From the NCBI GenBank assembly GCA_963754925.1, contig CAVWHX010000007.1, forward strand, positions 64,001 to 128,000: a DNA stretch of 64,000 nucleotides, written 5' to 3'. A program made the position numbers and the translations under genes. Position 1 is the stretch's first letter. Each line of letters starts with the position of its first letter. Below are positions 9,514 through 19,580 of this stretch, one piece after another. A model generated the notes under the pieces. The model searched no databases. It had not been told where the DNA came from and was given only the letters and a program-made list of their open reading frames with translations. The stretch is from an uncultured delta proteobacterium. Its GTDB lineage: Bacteria; Myxococcota; B64-G9.

Positions 9514-10530
9514 ATGAAGATGTCCAAAAAAAACTTGCCGCCGAATTCAGCCTCACATGTCGTTGCGGTGAGCGGTGCGGCGACGTTCCTCGGCAACCGT
9601 CTCGTCCAAACGCTCGAGGCCGATAAGCGCTATACCAAAATACTAGCCATCGACGAGCAGGCGCCGGACCGAATCGGGCCGCAGACCTGCTTTTGCCAAA
9701 TCGATCTGACCGGCAACGATGCAGGAATGCACCTGCATAAGCTATTTCAAGCTCATAACGTTGACACGCTGGTGCATCTGGCCTTTCGATCCTATCCAAC
9801 CCATGACGGCGCACGAGATCACGAGATGCACGTCATAGGCACCATGCAGGCATTGTACGCGGCGGCCGCCGCCAACCTGCGTAAAGTGGTGATGCTCGGC
9901 AGTACCATGTCCTATGGGGCCAGAGTCGAGAACCCCCAGTTCATCAAGGAGGAACACCCTCTGCACGGCGGTCAGCATGACGGCTATATTCGGGATCTGG
10001 TCGAGGCCGAACGTCAACTTGAAGAGTTCTCAAAAGAACATCCAGCGGTGATAACGACGGTTTTGCGCATGGCTAATCCGCTGGGACCGCATATTGACTC
10101 GTTTTTATCTCGCCTGCTTCGGCGCAGCACGGTCCCGACCGTCCTCGGTTACGATCCGATGGTGCAGTTCTTACACGAAGACGATGCCGTTGCCGCCCTC
10201 AAGCACGCCATCGATCAGGACTTACGCGGGCCGTTTAACATTGCGGCCGAGGGAGCGCTGCCCTTGTTGACGGTGCTACGCCTCGGCGGGCAGGCGTCCC
10301 TCCCCTTGCTCACGCCAGTGGCCAAGCACGTGAGCTACCTCTTGTGGGCGATCCGGGCGGTCGATCTCTACCCCGAATTTATCGATTACCTTCGCTATCC
10401 TTGGATTGGCGACGGCGAGCGGGCGCGTCGGCTCCTCGGATTTTCACCCCGGTATACCAGCCGTGAAACACTGCTCGACTTCATCCAGGTCACGAGACTC
10501 AACCAAGCTCCCCGATCGAAAACAACCTGA
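9514..10530 (+). CDS. NAD-dependent epimerase/dehydratase (extended SDR)
   Basis: Rossmann motif VAVSGAATFLG, DTLVHLAF, SYGA...NP and QFLHEDD. It sits next to an acyltransferase, as is usual for this gene pair. Confidence 0.85.
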   Translation: MKMSKKNLPPNSASHVVAVSGAATFLGNRLVQTLEADKRYTKILAIDEQAPDRIGPQTCFCQIDLTGNDAGMHLHKLFQAHNVDTLVHLAFRSYPTHDGARDHEMHVIGTMQALYAAAAANLRKVVMLGSTMSYGARVENPQFIKEEHPLHGGQHDGYIRDLVEAERQLEEFSKEHPAVITTVLRMANPLGPHIDSFLSRLLRRSTVPTVLGYDPMVQFLHEDDAVAALKHAIDQDLRGPFNIAAEGALPLLTVLRLGGQASLPLLTPVAKHVSYLLWAIRAVDLYPEFIDYLRYPWIGDGERARRLLGFSPRYTSRETLLDFIQVTRLNQAPRSKTT

Positions 10531-10558
10531 CGCTCGTCGACGGCACCAGAAAGTTTGT

Positions 10559-11404
10559 ATGACCGTTCATAAGCGCATCAAACGCAATCAAAAGCAGAAA
10601 AAGGCCGATCAGAAGCTCACCTTCCCCGTCAACGACGTTGATCCCTATGGTTATCGTCCAGCCTATCCGAGAAAGATTGAGCAGTTCGCCATGTTTTTGT
10701 TTGAATCGTATTGGCGAGTCGAGCTCCAAGGTATCGAGAACGTTCCCGATCAGGGACGGGCCCTTCTGGTCGCCAACCATTCGGGCGCCCTCCCCTATGA
10801 TGGTGCCATGATAAAAGTGGCGATCGAGAGGCGCCACCCAGGTCAGCGAGTGTTACGGTTTTTGGTGGAGAACTTCGCTTTCGACCTGCCGTTTATCGGG
10901 GCCCTGCTTAACCGATTGGGAGGAGTACCTGCAACGCCGGAAAATGGTCGTCGCCTGCTTGAGGAGGATCAACTCGTTATGGTCTTTCCCGAGGGTCTCA
11001 AAGGCGTGGGAAAATTATTCAGCGACCGCTACCAACTCAAACGTTTCGGACGAGGCGGTTTTATTAGGCTGGCCTTGCGGGCACGAAGTCCGATCATACC
11101 GGTGGCCGTGGTAGGCGCTGAGGAGATCCATCCGGTATTGGCTAAGATCAAATGGTTAGCCAAGCCATTCGGTTTGCCGTATCTGCCCATAACACCAACG
11201 TTCCCCTGGTTGGGGCCGTTGGGTGCTATCCCGTTGCCCAGCAAGTGGATCATCCGCTTTGGCCAACCAATTAATTTTCATCTCGATCCAGGAATTGACC
11301 CCCGCAATACCTTACACATTATACAACGAGCCGAACAGGTTCGCGCAACCATCCAACGGATGCTGAACGAGCTCATCGAGCTTCGCCCGCACCCCTTTCG
11401 GTAG
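10559..11404 (+). CDS. Lysophospholipid/glycerol acyltransferase (PlsC superfamily)
   Basis: ANHSGALPYD (HX4-6D motif), FPEG, FGRGGF and PIIPVAVVGAEE. The ATG at 10559 is preferred. Confidence 0.9.
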   Translation: MTVHKRIKRNQKQKKADQKLTFPVNDVDPYGYRPAYPRKIEQFAMFLFESYWRVELQGIENVPDQGRALLVANHSGALPYDGAMIKVAIERRHPGQRVLRFLVENFAFDLPFIGALLNRLGGVPATPENGRRLLEEDQLVMVFPEGLKGVGKLFSDRYQLKRFGRGGFIRLALRARSPIIPVAVVGAEEIHPVLAKIKWLAKPFGLPYLPITPTFPWLGPLGAIPLPSKWIIRFGQPINFHLDPGIDPRNTLHIIQRAEQVRATIQRMLNELIELRPHPFR

Positions 11405-11417
11405 GAAGCAACGAAAC

Positions 11418-12312
11418 CTACCCAACGACCCGATCGCGACCGGTTTTTTTAGCCTCGTACAGGTTGGTATCGGCGATCTTGATAAACTCAATCGCTTCGC
11501 TGACGTCCTCGTTGAGCGTGGCGACACCAATGGACACCGTTATCGGAATATGGTTACCTTCAAAAACAAAGTCATATTCGCCGACGAGTTTTACCACCTT
11601 CTCGGCCATGTGCATCGCTTGAAGATGCTCCAGCTCGGGGAGAATGACGGCAAATTCTTCCCCGCCATAGCGGGCAAGAAAATCCTCCCGACGAATATTC
11701 AGCTTCACCAGTTCGGCAAGCTGTTTAAGAATGTAGTCGCCGGCCAAGTGCCCAAACGTATCGGTTAACGTTCTTGAAGTGATCGATATCGAAGATCACC
11801 AGCGATAGATCACGGCCGTAACGCCGAGAACGCGAAAGCTCCCGTTCAAGGGTTTCCATGAAATAGCGCTTATTAAAGATTTGGGTAAGCCCGTCGATAG
11901 TAGTGAGACGGTAAATTTCTTCATGATACGCGTTTTCGATATTCTTTCCGGCAAGAAATTTGAATATGGTCCGCCCGATCTTTATCAAATTACCATCGGA
12001 CAGCGCGCGCTCATGAACAAGCTCATCGTTGATATACGTTCCATTGGTGCTGCCCATGTCACACAACACAACGTCCTCTCCATTATTGATGAGCTTCGCA
12101 TGATTGCGCGATACCGATTCCTGATCCACTTGAATATCACATTTTGACGATCGGCCAATGATGACGGTGTTTTTCTCCAAGTTGTACTTCCTTCCCAGAT
12201 CCAGGCCATAGATGACCACGAGACACGACTGGGTAGTCGTGGCGTGCTCACTAATTTTCGAGATCACCGTCACGACCGTCTTGTTCTTACGAACCAATCC
12301 CTCTCCTTTCAC
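11418..12312 (-). CDS. FHA-GGDEF diguanylate cyclase, split by a +1 frameshift near 11763
   Basis: FHA motifs IGRS, SVSRNHA and GSTNGT. Removing one base restores [18 protein letters not shown]. Active site RYGGEEF with RxxD I-site (RRED). Confidence 0.9.
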
Positions 12313-12375
12313 GTGACTAATAATTAGCAGGGTAACCCGTCATTTGTCCAGAATCCGGACAAATGAAATTGCGCA

Positions 12376-12685
12376 TCACAGAAAATCGGCTGACTTTGTT
12401 TGTACTATTTTTTCTTTAAACGTCGGTTCGGTGATCCGGAAACAAGTGGAATCGGTTACGAATGCGCTTGAGAAAGTACAGCAACTGAGGTGTCTTTACG
12501 TTGCCTTCGATATCCAGGTTATCAAACCGGTACACTCTCACCGAACCGGGTTTTTTCTCCTGGGGGTTGTCTTTCGACAACGCCAACGTCGGGGTCAGGA
12601 GCAAACAAAGCAAAACGACGAGCGCTCTCGTCCATCGATGGGTCGCAGCCTCAAACAACACTGGTTCCTTTTTCATTGAAAACAT
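12376..12685 (-). CDS. Small exported GltF/CglF-like protein (probable frameshift near 12438)
   Basis: Signal peptide followed by YRFDNLDIEGNVKTPQLLYFL. An alternative frame gives the C-terminus FRITEPTFKEKIVQTKSADFL. It follows a GltE-like gene. Confidence 0.55.
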
Positions 12686-12820
12686 AACCGTATAGTACCT
12701 TAATTTTAAGGTAATGGTTGAGAATAAATATTTTCTTCCTCATCTGTTAATCTTTGCTTCCAAGGATGCTCAATTAATATTTAATTATATTATAATATAT
12801 CAATATTATAAGCGATATAC

Positions 12821-13989
12821 CTAATTCTTTACATTATGCTGATCCTTCATGGTTGAATCGGATTTGGTTCTGCAGATGCCGGGATGACTCAACTGCAGGT
12901 CTTCGATGTATCCGTTTGCCCGAGCCGCCAACGCTGCCTCGGCCCGACCGCTCATCAGGAGGCGGTTGAAGGCTTCACAGGCCCATTCCGGTTTGTCGCG
13001 GTAGTTCATATACAGAAGCCCCAAATTGAAAAGGGTATCAGGGTGTCGGGGATCGAGACCGAGTATTTGCTGGTAGGCTTTTTCGGCCTCTGCAATTATT
13101 CCCAAACCTCGTTCGGCTACCGCTTCCCCTACCAGAGCGGGCAGCATGCCAGGATTGTCCTGGGCTACTTGTTTGTAGATCGCTGCCGCCTGGGCATAAT
13201 CTGCATTGGCCATGTATATCGACGCGGCGTTGAGCCCTGCTTCCTCCACGTTAGGATTACTCTGGTGCGCTTTAAGAAATAAATCCAGCGCCTCCTGTAC
13301 GCGATCCTGTTTGAGGCGCGCCAGTCCGAGATTATTCTGAACGCGAGCGTTATCGGGATCCAATACCAGCGCCCGCCGGAAAAGATCCTCAGCCATCTCA
13401 TATTGGCCGAGCTCCGAAAAAATTGTCGCTAGATTGTTGTAGGCCAAGGACTGTCGCGGTTGGCGATCGAGCACCGCGCGGGCTTGTTCCTTGGCCTCTT
13501 CATAGTTACCTTTCAGTCGATAGAGCACCGCCAAATTGTTACGAGCTTCGAGATCGTCGGGGGTATCGCTAAGAATTCTTTCAGTAGACCAATGCCGTCA
13601 TCAAAGCGCTTGAATTGAAGGTACAGCGCCGCTAGATTAAAGGTTGCCTGCCTATCGTGCTTCCGTACTGCCAAAGCTTGTCGGTAGGATTGTTCGGCGC
13701 GTTCTGGATCGTTGCCGCGCGAGAACAACAGTCCCGCATTAACATGAGCCTCATAGAGGGTCGGATCCTCTTCGACAGCCTTCAAAAAGTGTCTCAAAGC
13801 GCTGTGATAATCCGCTTTCGTTCCCGACAGCAAGCGCACACCCTCGTTGAACGCCAGCACCGCCAGGCGGTGATGATCAATAGGAATCGCAGCTTGCGTT
13901 ACCTGCTTCGGCGTCCCCGCGCATGACCATAGATAGCCGAACGTTAGAATGATCCCGAAGCACCCGGCTATTCGGCGAAAACTCGTCAT
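12821..13989 (-). CDS. TPR lipoprotein, GltE/AglT-like, split by a -1 frameshift near 13567
   Basis: Lipobox LWSC, then AFNEGV and tandem TPRs. Adding one base joins the frames as LKEFLA-DTPDDLEARNNLAVLY. Confidence 0.75.
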
Positions 13990-16900
13990 GGCCGCCGTCC
14001 CTCCTTCCGCACCGGCAAAGGCTGTTCGATCATCGGAAACGTGGTAAACGAATCAGCCCAACGAGTCGTCGGGCGAATCTCAAGCTCGGCTGGATACTTG
14101 CTCGGATTGAGCTTGCGGAGCATTTCCACCGTTCGTTGGCTCCAAATGCTGTAGTATTGATGCTTGTGTGCCATGTCGAGGCTTATGGTGAAGGCCGAGA
14201 GCGCCTTGTCTTCAATCGGGTATGCAAGCGACTGGATCTCCTGGCGATAGATCTCGAGCTCCCGTTGATTGAGCGCGGTCGGCTGAGGAGATTTATAAAT
14301 GGCTTCGGCAAACGTGGCGTACATATTCCCAATCTGAAACAGCGCCGCCGAACCCCACTCCATATTGCCGGCGGCCACCACTTGTGCAAAAAGACCTTCG
14401 GCCTTTTTCAGCAGTGCCGCTTTTTGCTTGAGTTGGCGAACCAAACGTTCCTTGGGCGGCTGCAGCGTGATGCTGCGGTATTCGTCGAAGACCAACTCAG
14501 CCAACAAAAAACGGCATTCGGCCGCGGCCTGCAACTCGGCCCCGGTCGGAGGTCGGCGAGCGGCAAATTCGGCGCAGTATTCAAGATGCTCCCGCGCCCT
14601 TTTAGTCATGTTTTGTTTGGCAAGCGCCTTGGCGAGGTGCAGTTCGGCAATGCGCGTCCGGCCGTACTTGGGGGCAAAGCGCTTGAGGTAGCTTTCAAAG
14701 CGACGTTCGGCTTCAGCCGGTTGCCCGGCGAGCTCGAGCGACAGCCCGGACATGAACAGCGCGTCGGCCGCTTTCGGGTGATCGGGAAAGAGCTCGGTAA
14801 ACCGCGCCAGCAAACGCGCCTGCTCCCGATAGGCGCGCCGTGCGCCTTGCAACGTTGCGGCCTGCAGCAGCGCCTCAGGGGCGCGACTATCTCTGGGGAA
14901 ATGCTCGGCCAATTCGCCATAGTGCCGGGCAGCCTTTTCGTAGTCGTATTGACGCTCGTAGATCCCGGCGAGCACGACCATGGCCTCTGCCGCCTGCTTA
15001 GGATACCGTTCCATCGCCTGCTGGTAGGTTCGTAGCGCCAGATCGTGCTTGCCGTCTTGCTCAAAGGCCAACCCAGACAGAAACAGCGCCTTCGGGGCAA
15101 GGGGGTTTCCCGGGAACTCATTCACCAAGCGCTGGTACTCGGCGGCTGCCTCGCCGGGTTTATTACTCGCGATCAAGGCACCCGCTTTCTGAAAAACAGC
15201 ATTGCACATAAAGCCGGGAAGCGCCGCGCCGAGCTCCTTACCCGCAAACAACTTCTGTTCAAAAAACTGACGCGCCCATTGTTCCAGAGCGGACCAATCA
15301 GCCATGCGGTTGAAGCAGTCGAGAGCCAGATCGGCCGCGCCCTCGGCAAAAGAATCCTTGGGGTATTTTTGGACCATCGCGAGCAACTGTGCGGATGCGC
15401 TAGCAAAGTCGCCGCGGTTGTAATAAATCCGTCCGACCTCGAAACGCAGTTGGCCCAACTTGGAATCATCAGGAGCCATAACGCCGAATTCTTCGACTGC
15501 TTGGATAAATCCTTTTTCACTATCGGCGAGCGGCACGGCTTTGCTGGGAGGCTCGTGTTTCTTGCCAGTCCGTTCGCGTAGCTGATCAAAAGCCTGGATA
15601 GCCGCAAAGGCGGCTTCTTTTTTCAAGGCCAGATCCTGGCTCTGTCGGGCGGCCTCGCCATAATGGGTTGCCGCAGCCGCATAGTTCTTGAGGCGGTATT
15701 GAACCTCACCCAGGTAAAAGTGAATACGCGGGGCTTGAGCATGGTCGGAGAAACGCGTGAGATATTCCTGGTAGGCTTTGAGCGCAGCCCGATACGAGAC
15801 ATCGGTATGCGCATCTTGGGCTTGCTTATGACGATAGAGCGCGACATAGCGTAGTGCTTCTTCGATCTGACGATTGGTTCGGTCTAACAACGCCTGGTCG
15901 CTTTCATGCAACTGGGCCCAGGATGAGCCCGACCCAAAGCGTTCGGCCAACCGAGTGCGCTCGCTCAGGGCGTCTTCAACATGACCGTGTCGATCGTACG
16001 CCTCGACTATCTTGAGCTGAAAACTCGGCCCGTTGGGATCGAGCGGGAATCGATCCAGCAACATACGGAACGACTCCACGGCCTCATCAAAGCGGCCTTG
16101 GCGTGCCAACACCTCCCCCAGCGAGCGCAACACCCGGATCGAATATTCGTCGCCGCCGACCTCAGCCATGAAGCGATAGGCTTCCTTGGCGCCGCCCGAC
16201 TCGCTAAATGTCAGCGCCAGGTCTTCCGTGGCCTCTTTCTCCAAATCTGAGCCTTTGGTCTCAAGGCGAGACAACGTTTTGTCCGCCTTGGAACGCGCAA
16301 GCACTTCCCGAAAGAGCCCAGCCGCTTTTTTTGCGTTGCCTTCCTTGAAGTAGCACCAGGCAAGCTTATACGTGGCCAAATCGAGTAGCGGCGTATAGGG
16401 GTACTTCAACACGCGTTCATAGGAGCCGATGGCTTTAAGATAATCGGCGTTAGCGAAGTAGTACTCGCCGATCGCAAGGTATGCGTCGGGTACGAAAACA
16501 CTCTGGGGAAAACGAGCGATGAGACTTTTGTAAATTGACAGTGCGGCCGATTCATCGCCCCGTTCATTGAGGGCGAAGCCATAGAGATACAAGACGGTGT
16601 CGGTGTTCGTAAAATCGGGATGTTTCTCGAGGATCTGTTCGTAAATCTTTATCGAAGCTTCAAGCTCCATGCGCGGCTCTTCCGGCCTTTTTCCCAATGC
16701 GTGTTGAAAGGCATCGAGTTCCCGCTCGTAGGCGCGCATGCGCGTGAAGAAATCGGCCTCCGAACGCTCCCACAGGAGCTCCGCTAGACGAAACAGCGCG
16801 TCCGCCCGTTGCGGGGCATCCGGATATCGTCCCAAAAACGTCTGAATCAAATCGATCGCCTTAGCGCGTTCACCGGCCAGCGTTTCTTCACGCCGGTTCA

Positions 16901-17048
16901 TTTCTTGTTCGAAGTAACCGTCCTGTCCGGGCAGCAGGGGACACTGCCCCGCCGTGGCCTGGCTCCCCAGAGCCAGCGCCAGCATCAGGAGCCCGGGTGC
17001 CAGAACCCGGGCGACCGTGAGGAGCGGCGTTCGATTACCGGTGTTCAT
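13986..17048 (-). CDS. Large periplasmic TPR protein, GltD/AgmU-like
   Basis: Signal peptide and many TPRs (ADALFRLAELLWE, PDAYLAIGEYYF, YKLAWCY). The C-terminus AALFQIG...PIEDKA...YSIWS is typical of GltD-type proteins. The ATG at 17048 overlaps the upstream stop. Confidence 0.8.
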   Translation of the reverse strand: MNTGNRTPLLTVARVLAPGLLMLALALGSQATAGQCPLLPGQDGYFEQEMNRREETLAGERAKAIDLIQTFLGRYPDAPQRADALFRLAELLWERSEADFFTRMRAYERELDAFQHALGKRPEEPRMELEASIKIYEQILEKHPDFTNTDTVLYLYGFALNERGDESAALSIYKSLIARFPQSVFVPDAYLAIGEYYFANADYLKAIGSYERVLKYPYTPLLDLATYKLAWCYFKEGNAKKAAGLFREVLARSKADKTLSRLETKGSDLEKEATEDLALTFSESGGAKEAYRFMAEVGGDEYSIRVLRSLGEVLARQGRFDEAVESFRMLLDRFPLDPNGPSFQLKIVEAYDRHGHVEDALSERTRLAERFGSGSSWAQLHESDQALLDRTNRQIEEALRYVALYRHKQAQDAHTDVSYRAALKAYQEYLTRFSDHAQAPRIHFYLGEVQYRLKNYAAAATHYGEAARQSQDLALKKEAAFAAIQAFDQLRERTGKKHEPPSKAVPLADSEKGFIQAVEEFGVMAPDDSKLGQLRFEVGRIYYNRGDFASASAQLLAMVQKYPKDSFAEGAADLALDCFNRMADWSALEQWARQFFEQKLFAGKELGAALPGFMCNAVFQKAGALIASNKPGEAAAEYQRLVNEFPGNPLAPKALFLSGLAFEQDGKHDLALRTYQQAMERYPKQAAEAMVVLAGIYERQYDYEKAARHYGELAEHFPRDSRAPEALLQAATLQGARRAYREQARLLARFTELFPDHPKAADALFMSGLSLELAGQPAEAERRFESYLKRFAPKYGRTRIAELHLAKALAKQNMTKRAREHLEYCAEFAARRPPTGAELQAAAECRFLLAELVFDEYRSITLQPPKERLVRQLKQKAALLKKAEGLFAQVVAAGNMEWGSAALFQIGNMYATFAEAIYKSPQPTALNQRELEIYRQEIQSLAYPIEDKALSAFTISLDMAHKHQYYSIWSQRTVEMLRKLNPSKYPAELEIRPTTRWADSFTTFPMIEQPLPVRKEGRRP

Positions 17049-18870
17049 CCGGCCACTCCTCGCCGTCGTCCGGCCAGTATTCAAAAGATTCATCGATTTG
17101 GCCCGTTCTCGCGAGCTCGAGCAGTTGCGAGGGCACAAAACGGCCCAGAGCAAGACCCTGCACCTCGGCTTCGAGAACCTGTTTTTGCCCGATGCTGGCG
17201 TCTATTCGTCCGAGTGAAGCCAGCCGAAGCCATTCTTGAAATGCATCGACGGTGCGCCGGCCCCGCGCACCGCGTACCATCGCGGTCACGGTCCTTGCGC
17301 GCTGCGCGAGCGCCAGCGCTCGATCGGAAAGCATTGGTAACTCTCGATGCTCCTCGTTCAAGTACGCCTGGGGGGCTTCTGCGGTCAGCACGCCGCCGTT
17401 GTCCAACCACGCGTTCGATAGATTCATGCGCGTGCAGCGCTCCTCGGCCTGCGTGGCTCGGTCGACGGCCCCCCGCACCTGAGCTTCGAGTTGGTCGAGT
17501 TCCTGCAACTGAGCCGTTGCTTGAAGACCTTCGGGCATCTGGCTGCGCAACGAAACCATCAGAGTCTGAAGATGGCGCGCTCGGGAAATTTCTGCGCGCA
17601 ACCCGTGCTGTGTTCCACGCCACGGCAAAGCGACCGGGTTCTCCGGTATGCCCGAGGCAATGCGGGCAAACTCCAGGGTAATCCGCGAGAAGCGACCAAG
17701 CAACTCGTGGGTCGAGGCCGTCAACGAGAGCGCCTGGCGCTCGTCCGGGGTGTTGGGGACCGAACCCGACAGCTCGTTCCCCAGTTCGCCGGTGGCGCTC
17801 ACCGCATTCGCGGCTCTGACCAGGCCGGTCAGATTGCGTTCCAAGCCATCAAACAGCGCCGCGGCCTCATCAAAACGGCAGTCGCCCAGTAAGCTATAGC
17901 CCAATAACACCTGGGCGGCCGGACGATCGGGAAAGCGATCGATGCGCCCCAACAGATCCTCCAACAAAAGACGGGCTTCTGAAAAACGCTTGAGGGCATA
18001 CAACGACCAGGCGCTTTCGTAGCGCGCTTCGGCGAAGGACGGCGAATCCGGCGAAATTCGCTGATAGGTATCCACCGCCCGAGCGTGTTCACCCTGATCG
18101 TGGCGCAAGCGGGCCAAGGCCAGCCAGGCTTGCTCAATCACCTGGCTTCCTTGCTCCGATACAAAAAATGTATATTTTCCCCGACCCGGTTGCCGCACCA
18201 AACTGCAGAAACGTTCGGTTGCCAAACCAAGATCATCTGCCGATAGCGCCACCAGGCCCTGCAAATATATGGCCTGGGCCCTAAAGCGGCTGGAATGCGA
18301 AACGGCTGCTAACGCCGCCGTGGCCTCAGGCAACGCACCAAGCCGTATCAGCGCCTTGCCCTTGAGGTACGCGATCTCGTCACGCTCATCCTCGGTGAGG
18401 TTCAATCGCAAATCTACAATCGCCTGGAGCGTCTCATCAAATTGTCCGGAACGCAGGGTGAGGTCGGTAAGCTTACGAAAAGCCGGAAAGCGAAATTGCG
18501 AGGTTTCTTGCTGCCCGATCAGATTAAGGAGGTGGCGGCGCGCTTCGCCGGTGGCGCCTTCCCGCATCAGCGCGGCGGCGAGGTAATAGCGCAGGGTATC
18601 GTATGCTTCAGTACCGACCAGCTTTGCAAAGGACGGATCCATCAACGTCGCCCCGAGTGCAGCGGCCGCGCTTTCGGATCCGCCATCCAAATAGACCGCC
18701 TCGGCCCTCCGAATCAACTCTTTAAAAAGAACCGCTGCATCCTCATCAGGGTGACTTGGCGCATGCTGGAGCAGGTAACCTATTAAGGTATCCCGCGGAC
18801 CGGCAAAGGGTTCTTTCCCAGAACCAGGCACAGCCATGAGCACCACCAAAATGGGCAAAACGGATATCAT
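17035..18870 (-). CDS. TPR protein, GltC-like
   Basis: TPRs (AWLALARL...ARYESAWS). The C-terminal FEYWPDDGEEWPDE resembles the WPFxGEYWxDE motif of GltC-type proteins. Confidence 0.7.
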   Translation of the reverse strand: MISVLPILVVLMAVPGSGKEPFAGPRDTLIGYLLQHAPSHPDEDAAVLFKELIRRAEAVYLDGGSESAAAALGATLMDPSFAKLVGTEAYDTLRYYLAAALMREGATGEARRHLLNLIGQQETSQFRFPAFRKLTDLTLRSGQFDETLQAIVDLRLNLTEDERDEIAYLKGKALIRLGALPEATAALAAVSHSSRFRAQAIYLQGLVALSADDLGLATERFCSLVRQPGRGKYTFFVSEQGSQVIEQAWLALARLRHDQGEHARAVDTYQRISPDSPSFAEARYESAWSLYALKRFSEARLLLEDLLGRIDRFPDRPAAQVLLGYSLLGDCRFDEAAALFDGLERNLTGLVRAANAVSATGELGNELSGSVPNTPDERQALSLTASTHELLGRFSRITLEFARIASGIPENPVALPWRGTQHGLRAEISRARHLQTLMVSLRSQMPEGLQATAQLQELDQLEAQVRGAVDRATQAEERCTRMNLSNAWLDNGGVLTAEAPQAYLNEEHRELPMLSDRALALAQRARTVTAMVRGARGRRTVDAFQEWLRLASLGRIDASIGQKQVLEAEVQGLALGRFVPSQLLELARTGQIDESFEYWPDDGEEWPDEHR

Positions 18871-18904
18871 GCGACCGATACTCCCCTACCATCAGGCCAT
18901 GCGG

Positions 18905-19570
18905 TCAACGTGGTTTAGTCGCAAACCGAGAACGAACAATGATCTTCCAGCTGCCCTTGGGATCGGACCTTTTCAGCTCATTCTTGCCGGGGATGTCCCC
19001 CGCGCCTTCCAAATCGAAAACAGCATCGGTCGTCGCCCGGTTTCTCATATGTACGGTGAGGCCGCTGCCTGCTGCATATCCCGGCGATGTGTCGGCCGAT
19101 TCGTTGGGGCCACGCACATACGCCTTGAGTTCTAGCGTGTGTCGTCCCGGGGTGAGATACCCGTCAAAGAGCGTCAGCGCCATAATCGTCGGAGCCGCGG
19201 TGAACTCTTGTCGATACGCCACCTCGCCGTCCATGAGCAGCTCCAGCGAGTCCAACTGCAACGGCGTATCGATCTCGCTGCGACAGCGGACGAGCAACCG
19301 AGAGCTAAACAATTTCTCGGATAGCAACATCAGTCTCGCTTCAACGGCCGCAAGAGCGTCACGGGTTCGACTGTGCTCAATGGCCAGTTCAGATAAGACT
19401 TTTGGATCAACTGCCGGCGACGGCTGTGTTGAGCCAGCCTGCACAGCGGCCGCCTGAGGAGGTTGAGAAACCGTCGGGGCTGCACTGGTCAGCAGCATCA
19501 CGGCCACCATAGAAATCACCACTAACGCTGCAACGTTCAATCGAGCCGATACCATGCCAGCCTCCTTCAC
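18905..19570 (-). CDS. Exported hypothetical protein (coiled coil plus Ig-like beta domain)
   Basis: Signal peptide, ARLMLLSEKLF helix and LFDGYLTPGRHTLEL. It lies within the co-oriented operon. Confidence 0.65.
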   Translation of the reverse strand: MKEAGMVSARLNVAALVVISMVAVMLLTSAAPTVSQPPQAAAVQAGSTQPSPAVDPKVLSELAIEHSRTRDALAAVEARLMLLSEKLFSSRLLVRCRSEIDTPLQLDSLELLMDGEVAYRQEFTAAPTIMALTLFDGYLTPGRHTLELKAYVRGPNESADTSPGYAAGSGLTVHMRNRATTDAVFDLEGAGDIPGKNELKRSDPKGSWKIIVRSRFATKPR

Positions 19571-19580
19571 GATGCTTCAG

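Noticed and set aside
14136..17892. Plus-strand ORFs of up to 299 aa opposite the TPR genes
   Set aside because: Antisense to well-supported genes, with no domain signal.
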